A stretch of 64,000 nt of DNA from Bdellovibrionales bacterium (GCA_965217115.1 OZ244239.1:1152001-1216000); one strand, 5' to 3'; counted from the stretch's first letter, positions 50,096 through 60,289 are shown. Translations and numbers: made by a program. Notes: generated by a model not told the origin, from the sequence alone.

Positions 50096-52390
50096 ATGAC
50101 GAAATTTCTATTCTTTATTATTTTTATTTCAGGAATTAGCGGTCTTTCTTATGAGTTAATTTACACCCGAATCATCTCTTATTATTTTGGAGATTTATAC
50201 CTAACAATTTTCACAGTTTTAACTTCTGTTTTCTTAGGTTTAGCCTTGGGCTATAAATACTCCTACAAGTGGGTAAAACAGCTTTGGGTTATAGAGGCTA
50301 TGTTAGGGGTTTATGCTTTTCTTATGGCTTTTGTTTTTCATTTTTTAGGCGTTGATGTCTTGGCTTATATCCCATCTTTTTTACTAGGTAGCAAAACTGT
50401 ATTATCCTCATTAGTCATATTCACACCCATGTTTCTGGTCGGATTTTCTATACCTATCTTATCTATTTACGCAAGTCAGGGAAATACTAACTCTGAAGAG
50501 AAAAGTAGTACAGTTTTTCCTTATGTCTACGGACTCTATACTATAGGCTCTGCCCTAGCTCTAATATTATTGGAGCTTTTTTTCTTGGAAGACTGGGGAA
50601 TCACCACTGTTCTTATTGCATCAGGCCTGCTAAATATGTTTGTTGCTGTATATTTATATTTTACAAAGAAAACCTTTGTACCTGAGAAGGATCCATCTCC
50701 AAAAGAGAAAACAGTACATCCTCTACCTTTCTTCTTAGGAATATTAAGTATGATGTTTCAGTATTTCTTTATAGAAACTAGTTTTAGAATTTTCGGCCCC
50801 TCCATCTCTAGCTTTACTTTTGTTTTATCTTCGGCGCTATGTGGAGTAGCATTTGGTTCTTTTTTAACTACAGTTACTAATTTTAAATGGCATAGCTTTT
50901 TAACTATTTTTCTATATTTAGGCTTATTTCCTTTTTTAATTTTCTCATACGTTATTTATTGGTGGGCTGATTTGAGTACGTACTTAAAAAGTACTTATCT
51001 AATTAATTTAGAGCTTATCAAGATACTATTTATCTTTTTCATGAGCATAGGAATGTTCACTTTATTTGGCGCTATTGTCCCTTTATTTTTAAAATGGAAT
51101 AAAAAAGCAAGTGTGCAAAGAGTATTATTTTCTAACTCTCTAGGTAACGCTTTAGGAATACCATTGGCTGGAATAATTCTATATTCCATCTTCGACTTAC
51201 GTCTTACCCTAATCTTAATTGTGTGCTCAATACTGTTCATCAGCTATGGTGTTATAAATAAAATCTACACCTTCTTTGCATTGTTTTCTATTATGAGTTT
51301 AGTTCTCTTTTGGCCGTCTAGAGAGCTATATGTAGGCTCTTCACGTTTAGTATCTCAAACAGCAACAGAGATTAAACAGTATGTCAAAGGCATGAAGAAC
51401 ATACAACACATTAGGTACTTAGGAAACGAAACTACATTATATGAAACTGATCGCTATTATGGACGCGAAGGACGCCTTATGGTTTTCCATAACGGCTACC
51501 GTACCCTTGCTCTTAAAAAACGCAAGGGTATAGTGAAACATGAATCTTTTTTACCTGCGATATCTGCATGGTATAGCCAAAAACACAATAACGCCTTAGT
51601 TCTAGGTTTAGGTACTGGTGTCACAGTGTCTACAACTGCAGATGCATATAAGAATGTAAAAGTATTTGAAATCAACCCAGGAACATTTGAAATGATTCAA
51701 ATACTAAAAGACTATAATGATAATATCAGTAATAAAAAAAATATTGATGTCGTTTTGCAAGATGCTTTTATTGGAACTTATTTAGAGAAAAACGAAAGTT
51801 ATGATGCGATTATCAGCTCTACCTCCCCTCTGTATTATTATTCTTCTAGTAAATTATATTCTAAGGATTTTTTACAAATTGTAAAAAACAAACTAACCAA
51901 AGGTGGCGTTTTTGTCACATGGTATAGTTCAGAGATTTCCATACATAAAACAAACATTCTGCACAACACCTTAAACAGTGTCTTTAAAACTTGTAAGTCT
52001 TTTATTATTAAAGCAAGCTATCACATTGTACTTTGCGGGGAGCGCTTAACGCTGAATGAACGTTATAACTTCTCTCATATAAAAAACAATATCGTGAAGA
52101 AAGTTTTTTCCCACGCCCCTTACCTAGAGGCAACACTTGATAAAAATTTGCTTAAAAAAAATCATTGGCAAGGTGAAGTCAATACTTTAAATAAATTAAT
52201 TACCAAGAGCCCTTATTTTTCTGTAGATGACCCTAGAAAAAGATATCATGTATATAACAAGGAGGTTTTACACATGGTACACAGCTCTCCCTATCCAAGA
52301 AAAAAACTTTGCGCTGCAATGAAATTTTTTAGTTTTAAAATATTTAGAAATCACTCTTCACTCTCTCCTTGTTTATCCTTAAAACAATAG
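50096..52390 (+). CDS. Second multi-TM protein fused to spermidine-synthase-like SAM domain
   Basis: ISGISGLSYELIYTR; LVLGLGTGVT, FEINP, DAF, YDAII, LTKGGVFVTW. Confidence 0.85.
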   Translation: MTKFLFFIIFISGISGLSYELIYTRIISYYFGDLYLTIFTVLTSVFLGLALGYKYSYKWVKQLWVIEAMLGVYAFLMAFVFHFLGVDVLAYIPSFLLGSKTVLSSLVIFTPMFLVGFSIPILSIYASQGNTNSEEKSSTVFPYVYGLYTIGSALALILLELFFLEDWGITTVLIASGLLNMFVAVYLYFTKKTFVPEKDPSPKEKTVHPLPFFLGILSMMFQYFFIETSFRIFGPSISSFTFVLSSALCGVAFGSFLTTVTNFKWHSFLTIFLYLGLFPFLIFSYVIYWWADLSTYLKSTYLINLELIKILFIFFMSIGMFTLFGAIVPLFLKWNKKASVQRVLFSNSLGNALGIPLAGIILYSIFDLRLTLILIVCSILFISYGVINKIYTFFALFSIMSLVLFWPSRELYVGSSRLVSQTATEIKQYVKGMKNIQHIRYLGNETTLYETDRYYGREGRLMVFHNGYRTLALKKRKGIVKHESFLPAISAWYSQKHNNALVLGLGTGVTVSTTADAYKNVKVFEINPGTFEMIQILKDYNDNISNKKNIDVVLQDAFIGTYLEKNESYDAIISSTSPLYYYSSSKLYSKDFLQIVKNKLTKGGVFVTWYSSEISIHKTNILHNTLNSVFKTCKSFIIKASYHIVLCGERLTLNERYNFSHIKNNIVKKVFSHAPYLEATLDKNLLKKNHWQGEVNTLNKLITKSPYFSVDDPRKRYHVYNKEVLHMVHSSPYPRKKLCAAMKFFSFKIFRNHSSLSPCLSLKQ

Positions 52391-52792
52391 ATTTTTTAAG
52401 TTTTAACCACTCTTATTGGTTTTCAAATATTCTGACGACGTACAAGTATTTTATTTAATTCTAATAGATGTGTAGTCATTACTTTTGGATTTTCATCGAA
52501 TTAACTCACAAGTTTGGACACCGAAGGCCATGTAGATCGAAGCTAAGATAGCTTGAGGCTGTTCGCTCGACTCATAAGAAAGACACCCATATAACTTCCG
52601 CGCTGAACAAACCTTATATTGAGAGGTCGAACTTATGAGGAATGAACTAAATCAGATTATTATCAAAAAAGACAAGCCTGACTATGAGATGGCGGTTAGA
52701 AAGGGATAAACGAAACAAGATGTGATAGTTCAGGTCGTAGAATGCCTAGGGAACTTGAGTCGGTTTTAATATACTATATAAAATTTTTTGTT

Positions 52793-54499
52793 CTAGATTT
52801 CGTAATCGAAACGAAAAACATCGCTTATGAGATAAGGTACATCAAGAGGAGGAAGAGGACTTATTCTCAATATACCAAAAGACTCGTTAAAATTAATAAC
52901 GTCTTTTTCGTCAATAAGATCAACTTTGATCGAGAAAGCCTTATTTGTGTAAAAATTAAACTTACTAGAAAGTGAGGTCTTATTTATTTTTTTACTCGCT
53001 TGAACAAGTATTTCGCTGCTAGGCCAATGACTGATTATGTCACTCTTAAGAGTCTTTAAAGAAGACTGTCCATTTTCGAAGGGTTTTGTAATTGCTCGAA
53101 TAAATACACCTTTGTTCCAATACGCAAAGTTATCGTTTAAGAATATTCCTATATGTGGATTAATTAAGTCAAATTTCCTCGTATACAGAATGAGATTCAC
53201 TTGGCTACTTTTAATATTTTCAATAATACGTTTATGTTTATGACGTTCTCCAGGACCAATAAACCATGGATAAATCGTTGAACCTTTAGATATGCCAATA
53301 CTATCAAATATTTTGGCATGAGGGTTTTTCTGTAAATAACTGTTTACAATAGTCATTATCTCCTTTTGGCGATCGTTATTGTGAGAGAAAATAATTTTTT
53401 GGTGGCGATTGAGAGCAGGAACAACCAACATGGTGATCATCGTAAGAAGTAGAACGTAACTGACACTTGGCGAGTATTTATGCTCAAGAACTTTTAGAAT
53501 TTGATAAAGTCCTATGCTAGAAAGAACAGCGAATAAGGGTGAATAAGAAGCAATAAAAAATGGCAGGGGATTGGGGTGCACAATGAGAATTAAAAATAAA
53601 ATAATTGAGATAGTAGAACAAATTTTAAAAGCCTTTTGATGTTTTATGAATTTACTCTTAGGTAAAAACATGAATGTCACTATTGAAATAAGCCAAAGAA
53701 GAACTTTTAATTTATTTTCTAATAGCCAACGATTAAAATATTCAATTCTCCACCATGAAAAATAAGAGACACCTACTTCGAAATGACTCAGTGTTGACAT
53801 AAAATAGGACCACCCTTCAAGAAAAACTCTTTGAATAGGTGGGATAGACAAAGAAAAAATAGAAAAAATAAAAATAATGGAAATTAAAGTTTGTATGCTT
53901 TTTTTATTCAAGGGGATGTGCATGAAGATAAGAGAGCCAATTAAAATAACAGTCAAGTAGATAGCTTTTAAGGTGAATAACATAGGAATAAAGCAAAGAG
54001 CAATGCTAAGTGTTATTTTTCTAGGAGAGAGAAATGATGGTCGTTTAAAGAAAAATAAAAGTAAGACTAAAAATGAACTAAATGCAAGGAGGTCCGCGCG
54101 GATTCGAAAACCACGGCTAATAAAGAAGGTGTCACAAAGAACAAAAAGAGAAGTCAGCAGTGCTATCTTTGTCGAGTTGGTAAGATAGTAAGTGAGCTTA
54201 GATGTGACATAAGTGATGAAAAGAGCATTAATAGAAAACAAGAGACGAGATAAAAAAAGAGGGTCAAAGTCAGGAAAAAAAGCGTCAGAAACTCTGTTAG
54301 TGAAGTGTAAAAAAACATGAAAGAGCATTTTTGTAGAAAAAGAAAAATCATTGAAGCGACTGAATAAAAGATTTGAGGAGCGTAAGCTCCATATTTCAGA
54401 GTCAGCCCAGAAACAAAACCAGGAACTCACAGGAAAGACAAAACTTAGAGCCATAACAAAAACTAATATAAGAGTGGAGTTCTTTTCTTTCATTTCCAT
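52793..54499 (-). CDS. Polytopic membrane protein, GT-C (ArnT/PMT-like) glycosyltransferase
   Basis: WADSE acidic loop after TM1, SRLLF, RIRADLLA, many TM helices, soluble C-terminal domain. Confidence 0.65.
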   Translation of the reverse strand: MEMKEKNSTLILVFVMALSFVFPVSSWFCFWADSEIWSLRSSNLLFSRFNDFSFSTKMLFHVFLHFTNRVSDAFFPDFDPLFLSRLLFSINALFITYVTSKLTYYLTNSTKIALLTSLFVLCDTFFISRGFRIRADLLAFSSFLVLLLFFFKRPSFLSPRKITLSIALCFIPMLFTLKAIYLTVILIGSLIFMHIPLNKKSIQTLISIIFIFSIFSLSIPPIQRVFLEGWSYFMSTLSHFEVGVSYFSWWRIEYFNRWLLENKLKVLLWLISIVTFMFLPKSKFIKHQKAFKICSTISIILFLILIVHPNPLPFFIASYSPLFAVLSSIGLYQILKVLEHKYSPSVSYVLLLTMITMLVVPALNRHQKIIFSHNNDRQKEIMTIVNSYLQKNPHAKIFDSIGISKGSTIYPWFIGPGERHKHKRIIENIKSSQVNLILYTRKFDLINPHIGIFLNDNFAYWNKGVFIRAITKPFENGQSSLKTLKSDIISHWPSSEILVQASKKINKTSLSSKFNFYTNKAFSIKVDLIDEKDVINFNESFGILRISPLPPLDVPYLISDVFRFDYEI

Positions 54500-54662
54500 A
54501 TAGAAGTATTTTGAGGTTTTAGCGTTTCCTTTTATAAATAAGTCTATTGTATTTATCTGTAGGTTTTTATTGATAATAACAACAGTGTATTAAGGTATAC
54601 TAATGACTTTGTGAAAAAGGAAAGTTTATTATTTTTGGTGTGAAAATGACATCTGACCTGGC

Positions 54663-54692
54663 GGCGGTTCTCCCAAAAAACTTAAATACTTT
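54663..54692 (+). repeat. Isolated copy of the IS3-remnant terminal repeat next to the tRNA 3' end
   Basis: GGCGGTTCTCCCAAAAAACTTAAATACTT resembles the reverse complement of 23438-23467 (GGCGGTTCCCTCAAAAAAACTGAGAAACTT). Confidence 0.5.
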
Positions 54693-54711
54693 CATGTACT
54701 TAGAAAGTAAA

Positions 54712-54801
54712 TGGCGGAGGAACGGGGATTCGAACCCCGGATACCCGCAAAGGTATGCCAGTTTTCAAGACTGGTGCTTTCAACCGCTCAGCCATCCCTC
54801 C
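54712..54801 (-). tRNA. tRNA-Ser (anticodon TGA)
   Basis: GGAGGGA/TTCCTCC acceptor stem, CCAGT-CTTGAAA-ACTGG anticodon arm, long variable arm, GGTTCGAATCC, encoded CCA. Confidence 0.97.
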
Positions 54802-54904
54802 GCAGGATCAAAGTCTGAAAATAGTTTTATTTCATTTCAATCAAGAAACCCAACTCTTTATTCACTTAATACTTGGCGTTAAGGTCTTCACCTTAAATCG
54901 TTTC

Positions 54905-56191
54905 TCACTGCTTACGCAGTTCTTTGAGCCCGCCCATATATGGTTGTAATACCTCTGGAATTTCAACACTCCCATCTTCTTGCTGATAATTCTCTAACAC
55001 GGCCACAAGGGTTCTTCCCACAGCTAAGCCTGAACCATTGAGCGTGTGCACAAACTGGGGTTTTCCCTTTTCTCCACGAAAACGGATATTAGCCCGTCGA
55101 GCTTGAAAATCTTCAAAATTAGAACAGGAACTTATCTCCCGATAATTTCCCTGCCCTGGTAACCAAGCCTCTATGTCATAACATTTCGACGCCCCAAAAG
55201 ATATTTCCCCCATACACAGAGACATCACTCGATAGGGAATTTGCAAACGCTTCAAAACCTCTTCTGCATGGAACGTTAAAATTTCATGCTGTTCATAGGA
55301 ACTCTCTGGATGAACGAGCTTAACCAACTCCACCTTCAAAAACTGATGCTGACGTATCAACCCTTTTGTGTCACGCCCATAGGCTCCTGCCTCTGAACGA
55401 AAGCACGGAGTTCCTGCCACAAAGTTCAACGGCAATTCACTCTCTTTTAAGGTCTCTCCCCCGTGATAATTCGTCACAGAAACTTCTGCCGTAGGAATAA
55501 GAAAATATTCAAACCCATCAACAGAGAAACTCTCTTCTTTAAACTTAGGCAACTGCCCCGTACCTATCATACTATTAGCATTCACCATATAGGGAGGTGA
55601 CAGCTCCACATAGCCATGTTCTCTTGTTTGTAAGTCCAACATAAATTGAGTGAGTGCCCTCTCCAAGGCCGCCCCTGCCCCTTTTAAAAAAGAAAACCTC
55701 GCTCCCGTTACTTTTGCCGCTCTTTCAAAATCAAGAATTCCCAATTCTTCACCAATTTCAAAATGTTCTTTGGCTGTAAAAGAAAAATTTTTCCCTGCAC
55801 CGTAATGACGAATTTCAGCATTGTCCTCTTCCCCTTTTCCCTCTGGAACAGAGTCATGACAGATGTTTGGTAGGGACAGTAGTATCTTTTTTACCATTTC
55901 ATCAGCTTGGTTAGCATCTGTCTGTAAAGTTTTTACTTTTTTACTCACCTCTTGCATCTGTTCAATAAGGTCCGTTGCCTCTTCTTTATTTCGTTTTTTT
56001 ATAGCTATCTCTTCACTCACCTTATTCTGATGAGCCTTGCTCTCTTCTAAGCCTGTGATCGCCTCTTTTCTCTTTGTATTCATCTCTAGCAAACGGTCCA
56101 CTTCGCTTAAGTTAACTCCGTGTCCCTCAAGAGTTTTACGATAACGATGTAAATATTTTTCATCTTTTTCCAATAATTTAATATCAATCAT
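54905..56191 (-). CDS. serS: Serine--tRNA ligase
   Basis: [39 protein letters not shown]. Confidence 0.98.
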   Translation of the reverse strand: MIDIKLLEKDEKYLHRYRKTLEGHGVNLSEVDRLLEMNTKRKEAITGLEESKAHQNKVSEEIAIKKRNKEEATDLIEQMQEVSKKVKTLQTDANQADEMVKKILLSLPNICHDSVPEGKGEEDNAEIRHYGAGKNFSFTAKEHFEIGEELGILDFERAAKVTGARFSFLKGAGAALERALTQFMLDLQTREHGYVELSPPYMVNANSMIGTGQLPKFKEESFSVDGFEYFLIPTAEVSVTNYHGGETLKESELPLNFVAGTPCFRSEAGAYGRDTKGLIRQHQFLKVELVKLVHPESSYEQHEILTFHAEEVLKRLQIPYRVMSLCMGEISFGASKCYDIEAWLPGQGNYREISSCSNFEDFQARRANIRFRGEKGKPQFVHTLNGSGLAVGRTLVAVLENYQQEDGSVEIPEVLQPYMGGLKELRKQ

Positions 56192-56195
56192 AAAT

Positions 56196-56507
56196 TTAAG
56201 CTCCCGAAACCACAAGGATATACATCCTTAAAAGCAAAGCAAATAAAATAAAAAGCAAATCGAAGATAATGACTGTTGCCAACTTCCATTTTTTTGAAAT
56301 ACGTAAAATGATAAAAATAACACAGGCAATAATAAGGGTAAATACAAAATCTCCATATCCCGCCAGTTCTTTACCCACAAGAGCCAGCGTTGTTCCGATA
56401 GCTAAACTCGTAAGAAATCTCAAAACAAACAACCACAGAGAACGACTTATTTCAGACAGTGTTTTCCGCTCTCCCGTTCCATATCTATTTGAGCGAATAC
56501 TCATCAC
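56196..56507 (-). CDS. Small membrane protein (3 TM)
   Basis: Hydrophobic ORF in an operon between the TPR gene and serS. Confidence 0.7.
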   Translation of the reverse strand: MMSIRSNRYGTGERKTLSEISRSLWLFVLRFLTSLAIGTTLALVGKELAGYGDFVFTLIIACVIFIILRISKKWKLATVIIFDLLFILFALLLRMYILVVSGA

Positions 56508-56534
56508 ACACCTCTAAATTTGTTTCTTTTTTGT

Positions 56535-59378
56535 TCACTGCAACTCATGGATCTTATCCAAAATACTCTGTCGATCTCTAGCATTAGGAGACAACGCTAG
56601 ATATTTCTCATACGCAACCAGTGCCTCCTCCTTGTTTCCTAGAAGCTCCAATAGCGCTCCCTGCTCTTTATAAATAGTCGGTAAACCAGATTCTTTTTTC
56701 TGAGCTAAATTTAGCATTGTTTGTGCTATATCAAGATTCCCTGCCTTGCGATAACATCGCCCTACTCTCACATAAATTTCAGCTTCTTGGGAGCGTATTT
56801 TAATCGCTTTTTGATATTCTGCCGAACAAGCCGAGTATTGCCTCAACAACGCATAAGCCTCCGCCGCCAATAAATACGAATCAGCCAATCCTGGATTTGT
56901 TTTTCTCTCCTTTATCGCCTCACTCACAGCTCGCTCAGGATCATGTGGCACACTCTGCAACGCTGCTCTACCTATAAAATAATGAGCCCGTGGATAACGT
57001 TTATTTATTCTCACAACTCTCTCAAGTTGTTTTATAGCTTCTCGAGGTTTATTAATGTCTAAATATAAAAGCCCAGCATAGAACAAGGCTTCTGCGTCTG
57101 ACGGATCTTTCGTCGCTGCTTCTAAAAAAACTAACAAGGCTTTTCTAAATTTCCCCTGGGCTTGATACACTTTTCCCAATTCTATTAGGCCTTTTTTATT
57201 ATTTTTTTGAATACTCACAACTTGTTCAAAAATGCTCTCCGCCTGAACAAAACGCTCATCTTTTTGATAGGCCTTTCCGAGAGCCATGCGATATTCAATG
57301 ACATATGGATACTTTTTGATAAGCTCTTGTAAATAATAAAACCCCGAAGCCACTCCCTGAAGTTCAGTCAATACATCTGCATACACTATCTGGGCTTTAA
57401 AATTTGTCGAATCTAATTCCGTCGCCCTCACTGCATAACGAAAAGCCTCCTTCTTCTTATTACCCCAAAGCAAAGCTCGAGCTAAAATAATATAAACCTC
57501 AGCGTCTGTGTCATAGTACTTAATAGCCTTGTAAGCGTAGGTCTCAGCTCCCACTCCATTGTTTTTACGCAATTCTAAAAGTGCGTAGCCTTTGTAGATT
57601 TCGTGATTTTTACGATCAATTCTGCGAGCATTCGCTAAAATACGAGCCGCCTCCAAGAATCGATAACCCTGCGAGTAATAGTCTGCCAAAACCACATAAG
57701 CCCTCAGTAAACGCCGATCAGCTTTAATCGCTTTTTTCAGCCAAGTAATTGCTTCTGCACTTTGATTTAATTTCCACAAACATTGAGCTGCTTTAAGAGC
57801 TGCAACTCCATTCTTAGGATCACTTTCAAAAGCTGTCTTGTATTCTGCTTGGGCGGCAAAGCAATCCCCCTCTCTTGCATACTGATCCCCAAGAAAAACA
57901 AGCTCACTCTCCTCCAGTTCTGTCTTTCTAAGGTTCTCTACTCCACCTAAACTCACAATTAATTTTCGACAAACTGAGTTACTTGAGTTCAAGGCATAAC
58001 ATTTTTTAGCATACGACAAGGCTTTGGTTCTGTCCTTCTGGGTTTGATAAATTTCAGCCAACCCAAGATAACCCTGTGCTTCCAGCAGATTTAAAATCCT
58101 TTGTTTAGAATTCAATCCTGCTTTAATTAATTGCAAACCTTTTTTAGGGTGTTTAAATTTTTTATACTCCAAAAGTCCAAGACGGATTTTAGCTTCAGCG
58201 TAATTCTTATTAAGTTTCAAGGCTTTTCGATAAAGACTTGCTGCTTCAACGTAGTTCCGCTTCCCTACCTTGGCCTTTGCTTCAGTTATGTATGGTTTTA
58301 CCCATCTTGGCAAAAGTTGATGAACTTTTTCAAAATAAGAGATCGCCGTATCATAGCTTTTCTCGCCCAAAAGAATTTCTCCTTTTAGTTGGTATAAAAA
58401 CACAGAATGAATATCTAATTCAAAAGACTTCTCTTTGCTTTTAAGCTCCTGTCGGTATTGATCCACTAATAAAAGGGCCTCTTCAACCACACCTTTAGCC
58501 TCTTTATATCGACCCGAGGAGATCATTTGAGTCAACGAACACTGAATCCCATCTAAACCAGCCGGGTCCAAAGATTTTGTGCTTCGCGTCATATGAACTA
58601 ACGCCTCCCTATCTTGGGAGTCTTGATAGGCATAGGGCCATAATTCCCGATAAGATAGACACAGCAGTGACCGTAAAAAAGTCTTCTTCAAATCAGCCTC
58701 AACAGCTTCAACAAAGAAATTTTGCGCTTTGGATAAATTGATAAAATTTCCCTTAAAAAAAACGAGGAGCCCTATTCGCTTTTTTTTGAGAATTTCTTTT
58801 TGACTCAATTGACGCCCAGCCTTGCTGGGCTTAATTAAGTGAATTTTCGTCTCTTTTAAATCTTGCTCAGAAAAAAACACACCCACGGCGACCACAATAG
58901 TCCCCACAAGGAAAAAAAATGGCCACCGCAATCTATTTTTTTTTAGCTGTTTTTCAAGATGTCCTAAATTTTGTAACTCAATGACGACATCCTCTTTAGG
59001 TTCCTGCTTTTGCTTCTTCTCTAATATAGATTCAATAACAGTCTTTTCTTCAATAACCGTAACTTCCACCGCTTCTTCAGGTGCGGCCTCTTCAACTTTT
59101 ATTGACACGCCCCTGTTCTCCTCCTCCTCTTTGTCCTCCTCCTTTTCCTCCTCCTTTTCCGCCCGGGGAAGAATTCCCTCCTCCAAAACTTCTAAAAGAG
59201 AATCATAAAACAGAGGGTCTTGTCCTATATGTATCCAGTCCCCCCCTGGATAACGCGCAACGGCTTCCTCTCCAGTGAGTTTGCCACCGGAAATAGCTTT
59301 AAGAACCTGACTTGTCGAGTAGGGACCCGTCAGACGTCCTTCTTGATCCTTTATGATCCATTTAATCTCTTCAGCCAT
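56535..59378 (-). CDS. GYF-like domain + TM + long TPR array protein
   Basis: WIIKD...GPYS...W GYF_2-like N-terminus, acidic linker, one TM, many TPRs. Confidence 0.85.
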   Translation of the reverse strand: MAEEIKWIIKDQEGRLTGPYSTSQVLKAISGGKLTGEEAVARYPGGDWIHIGQDPLFYDSLLEVLEEGILPRAEKEEEKEEDKEEEENRGVSIKVEEAAPEEAVEVTVIEEKTVIESILEKKQKQEPKEDVVIELQNLGHLEKQLKKNRLRWPFFFLVGTIVVAVGVFFSEQDLKETKIHLIKPSKAGRQLSQKEILKKKRIGLLVFFKGNFINLSKAQNFFVEAVEADLKKTFLRSLLCLSYRELWPYAYQDSQDREALVHMTRSTKSLDPAGLDGIQCSLTQMISSGRYKEAKGVVEEALLLVDQYRQELKSKEKSFELDIHSVFLYQLKGEILLGEKSYDTAISYFEKVHQLLPRWVKPYITEAKAKVGKRNYVEAASLYRKALKLNKNYAEAKIRLGLLEYKKFKHPKKGLQLIKAGLNSKQRILNLLEAQGYLGLAEIYQTQKDRTKALSYAKKCYALNSSNSVCRKLIVSLGGVENLRKTELEESELVFLGDQYAREGDCFAAQAEYKTAFESDPKNGVAALKAAQCLWKLNQSAEAITWLKKAIKADRRLLRAYVVLADYYSQGYRFLEAARILANARRIDRKNHEIYKGYALLELRKNNGVGAETYAYKAIKYYDTDAEVYIILARALLWGNKKKEAFRYAVRATELDSTNFKAQIVYADVLTELQGVASGFYYLQELIKKYPYVIEYRMALGKAYQKDERFVQAESIFEQVVSIQKNNKKGLIELGKVYQAQGKFRKALLVFLEAATKDPSDAEALFYAGLLYLDINKPREAIKQLERVVRINKRYPRAHYFIGRAALQSVPHDPERAVSEAIKERKTNPGLADSYLLAAEAYALLRQYSACSAEYQKAIKIRSQEAEIYVRVGRCYRKAGNLDIAQTMLNLAQKKESGLPTIYKEQGALLELLGNKEEALVAYEKYLALSPNARDRQSILDKIHELQ

Positions 59379-59502
59379 TCTCTCTATCTTTTTTTTCAAA
59401 GTAACACCAAACTATGGTTCCATTGTGGTGCTACAAAAAGACCTCGCACCATAATGAGATCACTACAAAAGGTTCAAGTCAAAATAAACACTTTTAGGAG
59501 AC

Positions 59503-59518
59503 TGGCATAAGAGTTGCT
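59503..59518 (+). promoter_or_regulatory. Sigma54 (-24/-12) promoter
   Basis: TGGCAT-AAGAG-TTGCT, near-consensus, about 40 bp upstream of ATG 59558. Confidence 0.7.
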
Positions 59519-59557
59519 TAGTCTATAAGTATCTATCAACAACAAGGGAGTTTAAAA

Positions 59558-60211
59558 ATGACAAAAAAAGCACTTATAGGATTGTACATCATTATCGTTC
59601 TCAGCATTGCTGGATTTGCCCAAGCAAGGGTCATTGTTACAGAAACACAGCTTATTTCAGATCGCCTTATTTCAGTTTCGGGCTATTATACTTCTGCCTG
59701 TGACATTGGCATCGTCCCTTCCATTTCTAATATCTCTCCCGGAATTGTGAAAGATATTGCAACGCTCAAATTGGCTCCCAAAGAAGATGCCGATGCCTTC
59801 TGCGTTCAAATAGAGCAGAGACGTAAGTTTGACCTCTCTATCGATCTTTACACTCTTGATTTCATTCAAAACGGTGACTACGACATGCTCATCTCAGGAA
59901 ACAACTCTATCCCTGCCATTGGCATTACTATTAAAGACCAGCTTACTAAAAACTTTCCTAAATCAGTTATCCATGGTCAGCTACTATCACAGAACGATCG
60001 CTACTTCCTCGTCAGTGAAGGAAAAACTTACGAGCTAAATACAAACTCGATTCGTCAATCTGCTCTTAATGATTACATTGGTGAGCGGGTTCGCATCTCA
60101 GGTTACTTGTTTGATGAAGACTCTAGCTCTCTTCAAGACCCTTTCTCTCCTAAAAAGAGTTTTAACTTTTCAACTCTTGTTGTTGAAAGCATCAGTTCTC
60201 TCTTTGATTAA
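59558..60211 (+). CDS. Secreted hypothetical protein
   Basis: GGGAG RBS, signal peptide ending AQA, Cys pair. Confidence 0.75.
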   Translation: MTKKALIGLYIIIVLSIAGFAQARVIVTETQLISDRLISVSGYYTSACDIGIVPSISNISPGIVKDIATLKLAPKEDADAFCVQIEQRRKFDLSIDLYTLDFIQNGDYDMLISGNNSIPAIGITIKDQLTKNFPKSVIHGQLLSQNDRYFLVSEGKTYELNTNSIRQSALNDYIGERVRISGYLFDEDSSSLQDPFSPKKSFNFSTLVVESISSLFD

Positions 60212-60289
60212 TCCGACTCTGGTCCCCTCCGAGTCGGAGATCATATCTCTTCAATTCTTCCCCTGGTTGAACTGAAGTTTTTCATCCCC

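Larger units (their letters stand above)
20395..54730. mobile_element. Genomic island (~34 kb) integrated at tRNA-Ser(TGA); integrase not evident
   Basis: 23-bp terminal direct repeats, visibly AT-richer sequence, IS remnants, accessory cargo between core groES and tRNA-Ser/serS. Confidence 0.85.

Noticed and set aside
52500..52790. Possible integrase or other mobile-gene remnant
   Set aside because: Only short broken frames; no catalytic motifs recognisable.
20395..54730. Prophage interpretation of the island
   Set aside because: No terminase, capsid, tail, lysis or integrase genes are recognisable.
54640..54949. ORFs 54640-54882 and 54755-54949
   Set aside because: They are translations of the antisense strand of tRNA-Ser (WRRNGDSNP is a classic tRNA shadow).
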